NCBI RefSeq assembly: GCF_000020225.1
Contig: NC_010655.1
Location: 2,190,001-2,222,000, forward strand
Length of the DNA stretch: 32,000 nt
Direction: 5' to 3'
Origin: Akkermansia muciniphila ATCC BAA-835
GTDB lineage: Bacteria > Verrucomicrobiota > Verrucomicrobiia > Verrucomicrobiales > Akkermansiaceae
Shown here: positions 8,164-17,844 of the stretch, piece after piece
How positions within the stretch are numbered: position 1 is the stretch's first letter
How the letters are laid out: the number at the start of each line of letters is the position of its first letter
The notes under the pieces: generated by a model
What the model was told of the DNA's origin: nothing
Seen by the model: only the letters and a program-made list of their open reading frames with translations
Database searches by the model: none
Program-made: the position numbers and the translations under genes

Positions 8164-9642
8164 TTATTTTCCGTCTTCCTTCCGGGCGTCCTGTAAAGCG
8201 TTTTCCGGAATCCATACGGCCACATTGCCGCCGTGGACAAGAAACCGGCCGTTGCCTTCCCCGTCAATGGAGACGGTTTCCTCCACGTTGCCGGTGGCTT
8301 CCTTCCAAGTTTCCCCTGCGTGCTGCTTGCCCACGTTCATGACTTTGTCTCCATCCTCTCCATTGGAAATGAGCACAGCCACGCCGGAATGCGGGTGCTC
8401 TTCATCTCCCACACGGGTGAAGCCGATGGTGTTCGGGTGGTCAAAGTAGTAATTTTGTTCCCCGAAAGCATGGTTTTTACGGATTTCCAGCAGATTGTCG
8501 ATGATGGCGCGGTGCATGGGCGGGTTGCCGCTCACACCGTAATAGTCCCCGTAGAAGATGCAGGGATAACCTTCCTTCATGAGCAGGATGAGCGCATAGG
8601 CGGAGGGTTTGAACCAGTCTTCCACAGCTGATTCCAGGGAACTGCCCCACTGGGAATCATGGTTGTCCACAAAGGTAACGGCCAGCGTAGGGTGGTTCTG
8701 AACCAGGGTTCCGTCCAGAATTTTGGAAAGGTCGTAATCGCGGCCCTGCTTGGAGGCCTGGTACATGTTGTAGTGCAGGGGGACGTCAAACAGGTCCACT
8801 TTGTAGCGTTCCTCCTTGAGGTAATCGTCCAGGGATTCCAGATCCTGTTTCCAGTATTCGCCCACGGCGTAGAAGTCTGCTCCCCTTTCCTTGCGGACGG
8901 CTGCCAGGAATTTCCTGATGAATTCGTCATTGATATGCTTGATGGCGTCCAGCCTCATGCCGTCCAGATCCAGTTCCCGGGATACCCATATTCCCCATCT
9001 TTCCATTTCTTTCACCACTTCCGGGTGGTTGAAGTCCAGATTGGCGAACATAAGGTAGTCGTAGTTGCCGTTTTCTTCATCCACGCCTTCGCTCCAGCTT
9101 TTGCCGTCTCCCATAATCTTGAAAATGGAGGTTTTTTCCGTGCGTGCGTCATAGTCCGTTCCGGTGAAGTGGTACCAGTGCCATTTGAAGTCGGAATATT
9201 TGTTTCCGCGGCCGGGAAAGTTGAAGCCGGTCCAGCCTTCAATCTCGTAGGCATCCGTAATTTCCTTGTCGCGGTTCTGCTGGTCCACTTCCTTGGCCAT
9301 GAATTTTTCCGTATAGTCCGCCCCTGCTTTGTGGTTCATGACGGCATCCAGATAAACGCCTACATGGTGTTCATGAAGAGCCTTGATGGCCTCCTGGAGT
9401 TCCTGCCTGGTGCCGTATTTGGTGCGGACGGTGTTTTTCTGGTCGAATTCCCCCAGGTCAAAAAGATCATAGGTGCCGTATCCTACGTCATTTTGTTCCT
9501 TCCCTTTGTAGGCTGGAGGAATCCAGACGGCCGTAACACCCATTTCCTCCAGGTGGGGGGCGTCTTCCTTCAACTTGTTCCAAAACTGTCCGTCGTTGGG
9601 CAGATTCCACTCAAAATACTGCATCATGATTCCGTTTTTCAT
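8164..9642 (-). CDS. amyA: Alpha-amylase, GH13 (Bacillus AmyL / E. coli AmyA-like), no signal peptide, so probably cytoplasmic
   Basis: The protein starts MKNGIMMQYFEWNLPNDGQFW. The four GH13 conserved regions are present: DAVMNHK, GMRLDAIKH, AVGEYW and FVDNHD. The 63-codon upstream extension of ORF 8164..9831 has no amylase similarity. Confidence 0.92.
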   Translation of the reverse strand: MKNGIMMQYFEWNLPNDGQFWNKLKEDAPHLEEMGVTAVWIPPAYKGKEQNDVGYGTYDLFDLGEFDQKNTVRTKYGTRQELQEAIKALHEHHVGVYLDAVMNHKAGADYTEKFMAKEVDQQNRDKEITDAYEIEGWTGFNFPGRGNKYSDFKWHWYHFTGTDYDARTEKTSIFKIMGDGKSWSEGVDEENGNYDYLMFANLDFNHPEVVKEMERWGIWVSRELDLDGMRLDAIKHINDEFIRKFLAAVRKERGADFYAVGEYWKQDLESLDDYLKEERYKVDLFDVPLHYNMYQASKQGRDYDLSKILDGTLVQNHPTLAVTFVDNHDSQWGSSLESAVEDWFKPSAYALILLMKEGYPCIFYGDYYGVSGNPPMHRAIIDNLLEIRKNHAFGEQNYYFDHPNTIGFTRVGDEEHPHSGVAVLISNGEDGDKVMNVGKQHAGETWKEATGNVEETVSIDGEGNGRFLVHGGNVAVWIPENALQDARKEDGK

Positions 9643-9957
9643 TTGATCTGATTCCTTGTCATACCGTTCGGGTTGTCGTGCTTCCAGGGGCTGTCCGGTG
9701 GAAAAAGCGGTTTTCCCGGGCGAGGTTCCGGATGATGAATCCATACGAAGCCCCCAACAGAATAGAGTCCTGAAAGTACGGCGCGTTAGGCATACTGCCG
9801 GTCTTATGTCCTGCAAGAATGCCAGCGGCAAAACGGTAGGCGGGAAGGGTTTTTCTCCGAAGGATGGGAAAAAGCGGTTTCACTCCCCCCTGCCGCACCC
9901 CGGAAAGAATGGGCCGGGAACGAGGGTTCGTGTAAGTAAGACAGGTGGGGAGAAAGG

Positions 9958-11343
9958 TTATGCCTTTCCCGTGCCGGGAACCAGGTAGTGCCTGTTTTTC
10001 AGCCGGTAGTATTTCAGGAACCGGCGGATGAAGAGCAGGGTGACGATAAAGGAAAGCACGTCTGCCAGAGGAAGGGATGCCCAGACTCCGTCCTGTCCCC
10101 AGAAACGGGGCAGGACCAGCAGGAACGGCAGGAGGAAGAGCATTTGGCGCGTCAGGGACAGGAAGATTGCCAGACGGGCTTTTCCAATGGCCTGGAAGAA
10201 GTTCCCGATGATGATCTGGCTGCCGATGAGCGGAAAGGCCAGCACGCAGATGATCAGACCGTTGGCCGCCAGGCTGATGAGCGAGGCGTCATCCGTGAAG
10301 AGCCCGGCAATGCCGCGGGGAAAGAAGACGCAGGCCAGGAATCCCAGCGTGGTGAAGGATGTCCCTGCCAGAACTCCGTATTTAAGGGTGAGCAGAACGC
10401 GGCCCGGCTTCATGGCTCCGTGGTTGTAGCCGATGATGGGCTGCATTCCCTGAGTGAGGCCGATGACGAGCATGGCGAACAGAATAAGAATGCGGTTGAT
10501 GATGCCGTAGGCCCCGATGGCCAGGTCCCCCCCGTGATCCGCAAGTTGCCTGTTGATGGCGACGGTGACCGCGCTGCCGCAGACGTTTACCAGGCAGGGA
10601 GCCATCCCGATGGACAGGATGCCGGTGACGATGGTCTTGCGCAGCTGCCAGATGCCGCGGCGGAAGTGGACCGTGCTGGCCGCATCGGAAAAGTGTAACA
10701 GCACGCGCACCATGCCGACGACCTGGGCGAGAAGGGTGGCCACGGCTGCTCCGGTAATGCCCCATTTGAACCAGAAGATGAAGATGGGAGCCAGAATGAT
10801 GTTGATTCCTACGGAAAGAAGGGTGGAGCCCATGGCTTTTTTAGGGTAGCCGGTAGCTCTCATCACATGATTGAGGTTGAAGAAGACGTACGTGACGGGC
10901 AGGCCCAGCAAGGTAATAAGCATGAAGTCGTACGCATAGGTGAGGGTTTGCCCGCTGGCGCCGAAGGCGGTCAGGATTTCCGTAAGGAAAAGAAGCGTGG
11001 GAATCACCAGCACCACAGCGGCAATCAGACTCATGATGAGGACGTTGCCAAGCGTACGCTCAGTTCCTTCCTGGTCTTTTCTTCCCAGCCGGATGGAGCT
11101 GATGGCCGCCCCGCCGATGCCTACCAGCGTGCCCAGGGCGAAAGTCAGGTTCATGATGGGGAAGGTGACGGCCAGGCCGGACAGGGCCAGAGGCCCCACG
11201 CCGTGACCGATAAACACGCTGTCAATGATGTTGTACAGGGAGTATACCACCATGCCGGCGATGGAGGGCAGGGAGTACTGGATCAGCAGACGCCATACGG
11301 ATGCGTTTTCCAATTCTGCGATGTTGCGTGACTGGGCTGCCAT
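9958..11343 (-). CDS. MATE-family multidrug/solute efflux transporter
   Basis: About 12 predicted hydrophobic helices. N-terminus typical of the family: SVWRLLIQYSLPSIAGMVVYSLYNIIDSVFIGHGVG. The ATG at 11343 was chosen over the upstream one. Confidence 0.9.
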   Translation of the reverse strand: MAAQSRNIAELENASVWRLLIQYSLPSIAGMVVYSLYNIIDSVFIGHGVGPLALSGLAVTFPIMNLTFALGTLVGIGGAAISSIRLGRKDQEGTERTLGNVLIMSLIAAVVLVIPTLLFLTEILTAFGASGQTLTYAYDFMLITLLGLPVTYVFFNLNHVMRATGYPKKAMGSTLLSVGINIILAPIFIFWFKWGITGAAVATLLAQVVGMVRVLLHFSDAASTVHFRRGIWQLRKTIVTGILSIGMAPCLVNVCGSAVTVAINRQLADHGGDLAIGAYGIINRILILFAMLVIGLTQGMQPIIGYNHGAMKPGRVLLTLKYGVLAGTSFTTLGFLACVFFPRGIAGLFTDDASLISLAANGLIICVLAFPLIGSQIIIGNFFQAIGKARLAIFLSLTRQMLFLLPFLLVLPRFWGQDGVWASLPLADVLSFIVTLLFIRRFLKYYRLKNRHYLVPGTGKA

Positions 11344-11520
11344 GGACGTTCCTCCTTTCAAAACAGGTGGCAAACTATAAAAACGCACGGATGGGTTGTC
11401 AAGCTGTCCACCTGTCCGGAAAACGGCCTTTTTCCCCCAGTTTCAGAGAGAGGGCTGTTTTTGATTGACTGTGGAAGCTTTTGGAGGTTGAGTCCTTTCC
11501 GCCTTTTTCAGAAGCACGCC

Positions 11521-11967
11521 ATGACCATGTCCGTTTTCCCTTTCCTGCGTCTTGTCTCCGTTTGCGGCGCCGCTCTTATGGGTTCTTCCTGTCTGCCCAT
11601 GTTTGGCGCCGGGCAGGTGCTGGCGGGAAGCAGCCTCGCGGAAGGTCTGCTGCCCTCTTCCTCTCTGGATCTTGTGTGGAGGGGAGACATCCGTTCTTTT
11701 CCCTCTTCCGGTTTGAGGACGCCCCGCGGGTTCAAAGTTTCTCCCGCGGATTCTTATTCCCTGCTGATGGAAGCGCGCCCGGGGATTGCCGGAGAGTGGG
11801 CCTGCTATCATGACCGCAGCAATTACTACTGGGCTTTTGTAGCCGGAAAGAAGGAGGAAGAAGCGGGGCTTTACGCCGTGCGCCGCGGCGTGGCCGTAAG
11901 CGGCATTTCCGGAGAAATTGAAGATGCCCCCGCCGTGCAGGATGCTCAGCCATTCTCCGCCATGTAA
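11521..11967 (+). CDS. Hypothetical protein with signal-like N-terminus
   Basis: The ATG at 11521 begins MTMSVFPFLRLVSVCGAALMGSSCLPMFGAG. I recognised no domain. The competing antisense ORF 11443..11991 is R/G/P-rich junk. Confidence 0.4.
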   Translation: MTMSVFPFLRLVSVCGAALMGSSCLPMFGAGQVLAGSSLAEGLLPSSSLDLVWRGDIRSFPSSGLRTPRGFKVSPADSYSLLMEARPGIAGEWACYHDRSNYYWAFVAGKKEEEAGLYAVRRGVAVSGISGEIEDAPAVQDAQPFSAM

Positions 11968-12068
11968 GCACAGGTTCTGGTCTTTTTGCAAAAAATGCTG
12001 CCGGAACCCCGTTTTCCGGCAAGTTGGACACGATAGGTTTGACAGGCAGCTGTTATTGCGGGCGTATT

Positions 12069-14255
12069 ATGAACCGCATGAAGTTCCTTTTATTATCGTT
12101 TGCATGGGTGTGCATGGCTTGCGCCGGAGCATGGGGGCAGGATACGGCCCCGTCTTTCCCGGCTAACGGGGCCAATTACAGGCTGTTTCCGGCGGACCGG
12201 CCTCCGCTGGTTCCCAAACCCCAGCAGCTGCGCTGGGACGACAGGGCCATTCCCGTGCAGTCCGTACGCATTTTGGCTCCGTCTCCGTCCAGGACTTCCT
12301 ATCCGGAACAGATGAAGTTCATTGTTTCCGAATTGAAATCTTTTCTGGCGGAGCACTGCGTGAAGGTGGCTCCGGACGGGACGTTTGCCGTTAAATTCGT
12401 CAAGGGGGATGTGAAAGCCGGCACGGAAAATTCCAAGCTGAAGGAGGAGGCTTATTCCCTCCGAGTAACTTCCGGCGGCGCACTCATTACGGCGATGGAT
12501 ACCAGAGGATTCTATTACGGCATGAAAACGCTGGAGCAGCTTCTTTTGCGCCGCGGCGGGACGACGACCATTGCCGCCTGCGATATCGTGGACTGGCCGG
12601 ATTTTGAAATCCGCGGATTCATGAACGATGTGGGACGCAATTACATGCCGCTGCCTCTGATTGCACGGGAGCTGGATTCCATGGCGCAGCTCAAGCTGAA
12701 TGTTTACCACTTCCATTTTACGGAGAACCCCGGCTGGCGGCTGGAATCCAAAATTTATCCGGAGCTGAACGCCCCCGAAAATTATACGCGCATGCCTGGC
12801 AAGTTTTACACGCAGAAGGAGTTTAAGCAGCTGGTGGAGTACTGCCGCCTGCGCAATATCCTGCTGATTCCGGAGATGGATATGCCGGGGCACAGCCAGA
12901 TGTTCCGCAAGGCGCTCAACGTGAAGATGAGCGATGAAAAAGCCACCAAAGCCCTGGTGGCCCTGATCAAGGAGTTGTGTTCCCTGGTTCCCAAGGAGAA
13001 AATGCCCATCATCCACATTGGCACGGACGAGGTGCGCGGCAAGGATGAGCAGGTGAACAATGAGATTCTTAAGGAGTACATCCATGCAGTGGAGTTCTGC
13101 GGCCGCATTCCCATGAGATGGCAGCCCGGCCTGACGCCGAAGGGCTATAACGGCTCCATCCAGCAGTTATGGTCCGGCCGCCAGAACCGTGGCGCATGGC
13201 CTACCGACGGAGCGAAGTATGTTGATTCCCTGGAGACTTACCTGAACCACCTTGATCCGTTTGAAACGGCCATGACCATGTATTTCCGCCGGGCATGCCC
13301 GTTTCGGAATGCGGAAGGACTGGGCATGATGCTGTGTTCTTTCCCGGACCTGGAAATTACGGATCCGCGCAACCAAGTTCTTCAGACGCCCGTTTACGCC
13401 GGCATGGCGTTCGTTTCCGAACCTTTGTGGAATAATCCCCATGAGAAGGTGCTGGGAGACCCCAACCAGGACGAATATATGAAGTATTTTTCCAATCTGC
13501 CCGTGCAGGGGGATCCTCTGCTGAAGGGGTTTGCGGATTACGAGAACCGCGTGCTCGCCATCCGGGACCGTTTTTTCGTGGATAAGGAGTTTAATTACGT
13601 ACGGCAGGCGAATATTCCCTGGAAATTGCTGGGGCCTATTCCCAACGGCGGTAAGACGGAAAAGGAATTCGCTCCGGAGGAGGACAACAAGGCAGGGAAG
13701 ATGAGGGATTCCTACGAGATTGACGGCGTCACCTATGAGTGGTCCGGAGACGATTACACGGGGGCCACCATCATTTTCAAGCATTACTGCGATTTTCCGA
13801 CGCTGTTCAATGGCGCAAAGATGGGAGCTTATCCCCACAAAAACCACACTTATTACGCGCAGACCTGGATTTATTCCCCCAAGGCGCAGACGGTGCCTTT
13901 CTGGATCAGCGGACATACCTGGGCCACGTCCGATTGGCGCAACGGTCCGGCGAGCGTTCCCGGCAAGTGGTTTCATGCGGATCCCAAATTTTTTGTGAAC
14001 GGCCGGGAGATTGCCCCCCCGCAATGGAAAAAGCCGCGTAACAGCGGCGTGATGGTGGATGAAAACTACCATTTCCGGGAGCCTTCCATGGTTCCTCTTA
14101 AGAAGGGTTGGAACCGCGTGCTGGTAAAGAGCCCCAGCAACAATTCCGCGCGTCGGTGGATGTTCACATTCGTTCCGGTGCTGGTGAACCCCAAGACGCC
14201 CGGCTGCAATGTGAAGGAGTATCCCGGCCTCAAATTTTCCACACGTCCGGAATAG
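12069..14255 (+). CDS. Secreted beta-N-acetylhexosaminidase, GH20, with a C-terminal beta-sandwich extension
   Basis: Signal peptide MNRMKFLLLSFAWVCMACAGAWG. GH20 motifs RGFMNDVGRNY, YHFHFTENPGWR, IPEMDMPGH and the catalytic HIGTDEV. Confidence 0.9.
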   Translation: MNRMKFLLLSFAWVCMACAGAWGQDTAPSFPANGANYRLFPADRPPLVPKPQQLRWDDRAIPVQSVRILAPSPSRTSYPEQMKFIVSELKSFLAEHCVKVAPDGTFAVKFVKGDVKAGTENSKLKEEAYSLRVTSGGALITAMDTRGFYYGMKTLEQLLLRRGGTTTIAACDIVDWPDFEIRGFMNDVGRNYMPLPLIARELDSMAQLKLNVYHFHFTENPGWRLESKIYPELNAPENYTRMPGKFYTQKEFKQLVEYCRLRNILLIPEMDMPGHSQMFRKALNVKMSDEKATKALVALIKELCSLVPKEKMPIIHIGTDEVRGKDEQVNNEILKEYIHAVEFCGRIPMRWQPGLTPKGYNGSIQQLWSGRQNRGAWPTDGAKYVDSLETYLNHLDPFETAMTMYFRRACPFRNAEGLGMMLCSFPDLEITDPRNQVLQTPVYAGMAFVSEPLWNNPHEKVLGDPNQDEYMKYFSNLPVQGDPLLKGFADYENRVLAIRDRFFVDKEFNYVRQANIPWKLLGPIPNGGKTEKEFAPEEDNKAGKMRDSYEIDGVTYEWSGDDYTGATIIFKHYCDFPTLFNGAKMGAYPHKNHTYYAQTWIYSPKAQTVPFWISGHTWATSDWRNGPASVPGKWFHADPKFFVNGREIAPPQWKKPRNSGVMVDENYHFREPSMVPLKKGWNRVLVKSPSNNSARRWMFTFVPVLVNPKTPGCNVKEYPGLKFSTRPE

Positions 14256-14312
14256 AAAATCCCGTGATGAGCATCCGGAGCTGGAATGAGCCGGTTGCAG
14301 TATCCGCCATCA

Positions 14313-14345
14313 TCATTAAAAAAGAAGCCGCGCTTCTGGCAAAAG
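14313..14345 (-). terminator. Rho-independent terminator for the minus-strand gene; the hairpin is also available to the GH20 transcript
   Basis: Perfect 13-bp stem AGAAGCCGCGCTT / AAGCGCGGCTTCT with a 7-nt loop. On the minus strand it is followed by TTTTTTAATG. Confidence 0.7.
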
Positions 14346-14510
14346 CGCGGCTTCTGATTGCATGCAAAGGACACGGATACGAAGTTAAGCGTTCCGGCGG
14401 CGCGTTATCGGAGCGGCAAGTCCCGGCAGGCCAAGGGAAGCCGAGTCCAGTTCCGGCACGGGAAGAGCCCCTTCATTGTAGATTCAATGGAGCAGGGTAA
14501 TCCTGTATTG

Positions 14511-15461
14511 TCACAGTATTTTCCAGGGAATATGTTCCAATAGTTCGTCAAAGCCGAGCCCCGTGCCTCCAGGAACAGCTGCCTGAGGGTCCATGCCTCC
14601 CATCCGGTCTATAAAGGGGTCCGGCTCAAACAGGAGGTGGGTGCAGAGGCCGCAGAGGGGAATTTCCGTGGGCAGGGAGTTGCGGTAATATTCCGCCGCC
14701 TGGTAAACGGCCCAGAGCTGCCCTACGGGGTGATCCATGACAGTGGTGAAGACGGGAGGTTCGTAAAGATATTCCGGCGTTGCTTCCCGTGCGGGTTTGA
14801 CGATGCGGATGATGGGCAGGTCCGAGGAGATGGCCGGCTGGTGTTCCACATCCGAACCCATGTCCAGGGCCAGAGGCATGCCGGCGTCTACCAGACGTTC
14901 CCAGCTCTGGATGGAGAAGGGGCACGGGTCTTCTATGAAGTCTATTCTGGTTTTCAGATGGTGGGGCAGGGATTTCCAGAATTTCAGGGCATCGTTTTCA
15001 TTCAGGCATCCGTTGAAGTCCAGCCGCCAGCGCCAGGAGGGAACCATGGATGCCAGCATCGTCAGCCGTTCTAGGGCGGCGGCCAGATTGGCGCTGGCCT
15101 TGATTTTTCCTGCCTTGAATCCCTTGGATTCCATGATGCGAATGGTAGCGGGGCTGACGCAGGAGGGCAGCGTGGCGTGGCTTTCCGGAATGTGAAGACC
15201 GTCAAACAGGCTGACGCCCCTCGCGCGTGCTTCCCCGTCCGTTCGGGCGCACTCCGCGGCGCGGACGCCCAGAGGCAGAGGGCGGCCCTTCCTGAGCGCG
15301 TCCAATTCCTCTTGCAGGGTGGCGTCTCCCAGTTCCGGCCACGGCTGGATGCAGCCGTACCCGCCTTCATCCGTTTTAATGAGGGCTCCCTTCCTGCACA
15401 CTTCCGCGGCTCTGGCGTTCAGAGGGCCGCAGGCTGTTAAAGAATATTCATGGTAAAACAC
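14511..15461 (-). CDS. menC: o-Succinylbenzoate synthase-like enolase-superfamily enzyme
   Basis: The motif order matches E. coli MenC: GKIKAS (KxK), RLDFNG, FIEDPC, ALDMGS, IVKPA. Confidence 0.6.
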   Translation of the reverse strand: MFYHEYSLTACGPLNARAAEVCRKGALIKTDEGGYGCIQPWPELGDATLQEELDALRKGRPLPLGVRAAECARTDGEARARGVSLFDGLHIPESHATLPSCVSPATIRIMESKGFKAGKIKASANLAAALERLTMLASMVPSWRWRLDFNGCLNENDALKFWKSLPHHLKTRIDFIEDPCPFSIQSWERLVDAGMPLALDMGSDVEHQPAISSDLPIIRIVKPAREATPEYLYEPPVFTTVMDHPVGQLWAVYQAAEYYRNSLPTEIPLCGLCTHLLFEPDPFIDRMGGMDPQAAVPGGTGLGFDELLEHIPWKIL

Positions 15462-15552
15462 AACTTTAATTCAAACAACCTTTCCTTCTTTTGTCACGAT
15501 GAAAAAAGGTTTTCATTGGATTTTGGAGGGTGAAACGTCTAAGCTCTGCGTC

Positions 15553-16458
15553 ATGTACAGAACATTGGTGTTCGGGGCGGACGGCCGGGTGGGAAGCCGT
15601 CTGGCAGCGTATCTGGAAGAACATGGCCTGGAGGTGGTGAAGTGCGGACGGGGCTTTTGTGATTTGAAGGATTTAAGCGCTTTGAAACGTGTTCTGCTTT
15701 CTTCCGGAGCCACTCATGTGGTGAATTGCGCCGCTGTGAGCGGATTGGAAGCCTGCCTGGATGATCCGGAGACGGCCCACTGCGTCAACGCCATGGCTCC
15801 GGAGATGATGGCGCGCATTTGCCGCCTGGAGGGCATGCGCTTTATCCATTTGAGTACGGATTATGTGCTGGACGGCAGGAGGAGAGGTTTGAAAACGGAG
15901 GAGGGGAAGTGCCGCCCCGTAAATGTGTACGGAGAGTCCAAGCTGGAGGCGGAATTCCGTGTGCGGGAGGAGATGCCGGACGCTCTGATAGCCCGCGTTT
16001 CCTGGGTATTCGGCAATCCGGAACGGCCCTCATTCCCGGAAATGGTGCTGCGGCGGGCGATGAAAAGGGAGCCCCTGGCCGCTGTGGCGGATAAATGGTC
16101 CATGCCTACATGGGTGGAAGATTTATGTGCATGGCTCCGTTTTCTGGCTTATGAGAGCGGGGCGTCCGGCGTGCTGCATCTGTGTCAGTCCGGAGAGCCT
16201 GTTTCCTGGCACAGTTATGCCGTGGCCGTGCTGAAATGCGCCGTGAAGCACGGGTTACTGCCTTCTTTGCCGCCTGTGGCGGAACAAAAGCTCGACGAAC
16301 AGGCCGGTTTCAGGGATGCTCGGCCCCGGCATACCGCCATGTCCAGCGAACGCCTCTCTTCCCTGATGAAGCAGCCCGTGAGGGCGTATGAAGAGGCCAT
16401 TGACATGGCCGTGGCCCGCTATGCCGCAGATCCAACCTTTCTCTCCAGCATTTCATGA
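15553..16458 (+). CDS. RmlD-like NAD(P)-dependent sugar-nucleotide reductase (dTDP-4-dehydrorhamnose reductase family)
   Basis: Motifs LVFGADGRVGSRL, VVNCAAVSGLEAC, HLSTDYVLDG, YGESKLEAE and LIARVSWVFG. Confidence 0.75.
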   Translation: MYRTLVFGADGRVGSRLAAYLEEHGLEVVKCGRGFCDLKDLSALKRVLLSSGATHVVNCAAVSGLEACLDDPETAHCVNAMAPEMMARICRLEGMRFIHLSTDYVLDGRRRGLKTEEGKCRPVNVYGESKLEAEFRVREEMPDALIARVSWVFGNPERPSFPEMVLRRAMKREPLAAVADKWSMPTWVEDLCAWLRFLAYESGASGVLHLCQSGEPVSWHSYAVAVLKCAVKHGLLPSLPPVAEQKLDEQAGFRDARPRHTAMSSERLSSLMKQPVRAYEEAIDMAVARYAADPTFLSSIS

Positions 16459-17756
16459 ATGATTTCCACAATTCCCGTGATTCCCGCCCCAGGCCCGTTT
16501 ACCGGGACCGCCGTTCCCAGCCGGGCCGCCCGCGCACAGCTCCCAAAAAGAACCTTTTTGCCAACAAGTCGCCGGAAGGGAGCGAACAATGGCTCAAGCC
16601 CTGGGTGGAGCTGAAGTATTTCACATACAATCCGGCCGTGTTCCCCCGCATGCTCGGCTCCGTAAGCGGGGAAATAGCGCCGGGAAGCCTGGTAAACGTC
16701 TATGACAAGAACGGTGAACTGTTCGGCGCCGGATTCTGGAATGAGTCCAGCCGCACGCCCCTGCGCATGGTGTACCACGGGAAGGACGTTTTTGCCGAAC
16801 GTGACCTGGATGCTGCGCTGGAACGAGCCGTGAAGCTGCGCAGGGAAGTTCTGCGCCTGGATGAAACCACTAATGCGTACCGTGTGCTGCACGGAGATTC
16901 CGACGGACTGGGCGGCCTGGTGGTGGACCGTTACGCGGACGTGCTGAGCCTGGAGGTGAGTACGCTGGCCGTCTGGCAGAGGCTGAACCGCTGGCTGCCC
17001 CTGCTGCACCGCCTGTGCGGCACAAAACGCCATGTGGTGCAGGTGGATGAGGGCATTGCCCGCATGGAGGGCATCCGGGCGGAGGAGGCGCCGGCATCCC
17101 CAGCCCCCGTCAGGCTGGTGAAGATTGTGGAAAACGGCATCACCTATGAAGTGGACTTCGCCCAGGGGCACAAGACGGGCTTTTTCTGTGACCAGCGGGA
17201 CAACCGCCTCAAGTTCGCCTCCCTGGTGAAGGGGGCCACGGTGCTGGACCTGTGCTGCTACAGCGGCGGCTTTTCCATTGCCGCCAAGATGCTGGGCGGA
17301 GCGGCGGAGGTAACGGCTGTGGATTTGGATGAGAAAGCCGTCGCCATGGCTAAAAGAAACGGAAATATCAACCGTCAGCGCATCGACTTCGTGCATGCGG
17401 ATGCCTTTGTCTATGCGCGCCAGATGGTGCGCAACGGCCGCCTGTTTGACGCCGTGCTGCTGGACCCGCCCAAATTCATCGTTGGCAGGGACGGATATGA
17501 AGAGGGCATCAAAAAATACCATGACCTCAATATGTTGGGGCTGCAATGCGTGCGTCCCGGCGGCCTGTTTGTCACCTGTTCCTGTTCCGGGCTGCTTTCC
17601 CCCGCGGAGTTTGAGCATACCGTCATCAAGGCCGCCCAGCGGCAGGGGCGCAAGCTTCAGATTATGGCGATGACCGGCCCCGGTTGGGACCACCCTTTCC
17701 TGAGCACTTATCCGGAGGGCCGTTATCTGAAGGTTCTGTGGGCAATTGCCCTGTAG
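16455..17756 (+). CDS. PUA-domain class I SAM-dependent rRNA methyltransferase (RlmI-like) with an Arg/Pro-rich N-terminal extension
   Basis: The start overlaps the preceding stop (ATGA at 16455-16458). Motifs GLGGLVVDRYADVLSLEV, GHKTGFFCDQRDNR, VLDLCCYSGGFS, LLDPPKF and FVTCSCS. Confidence 0.85.
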   Translation: MNDFHNSRDSRPRPVYRDRRSQPGRPRTAPKKNLFANKSPEGSEQWLKPWVELKYFTYNPAVFPRMLGSVSGEIAPGSLVNVYDKNGELFGAGFWNESSRTPLRMVYHGKDVFAERDLDAALERAVKLRREVLRLDETTNAYRVLHGDSDGLGGLVVDRYADVLSLEVSTLAVWQRLNRWLPLLHRLCGTKRHVVQVDEGIARMEGIRAEEAPASPAPVRLVKIVENGITYEVDFAQGHKTGFFCDQRDNRLKFASLVKGATVLDLCCYSGGFSIAAKMLGGAAEVTAVDLDEKAVAMAKRNGNINRQRIDFVHADAFVYARQMVRNGRLFDAVLLDPPKFIVGRDGYEEGIKKYHDLNMLGLQCVRPGGLFVTCSCSGLLSPAEFEHTVIKAAQRQGRKLQIMAMTGPGWDHPFLSTYPEGRYLKVLWAIAL

Positions 17757-17844
17757 CTGGAGGTTGAGGCCCGGGATGCATTTCGGAAAAACCTTTCAGG
17801 CGTGTTGACGTTCTTTGCCCCTCTCTGCTTTCGTGGTGAGGAAT

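Noticed and set aside
9659-9898. A 79-aa minus-strand ORF (and the 110-aa plus-strand ORF 9656..9988) in the amylase-MATE intergenic region.
   Set aside because: No recognisable motif, no ribosome-binding site, and a composition typical of random ORFs in GC-rich DNA. It is treated as non-coding, though I cannot exclude a gene remnant.
11443-11991. A 182-aa minus-strand ORF opposite the hypothetical secreted protein gene.
   Set aside because: The translation is R/G/K/Q-rich and low-complexity with no hydrophobic core. The plus-strand ORF has a plausible signal peptide, but the plus-strand call is itself only moderate confidence.
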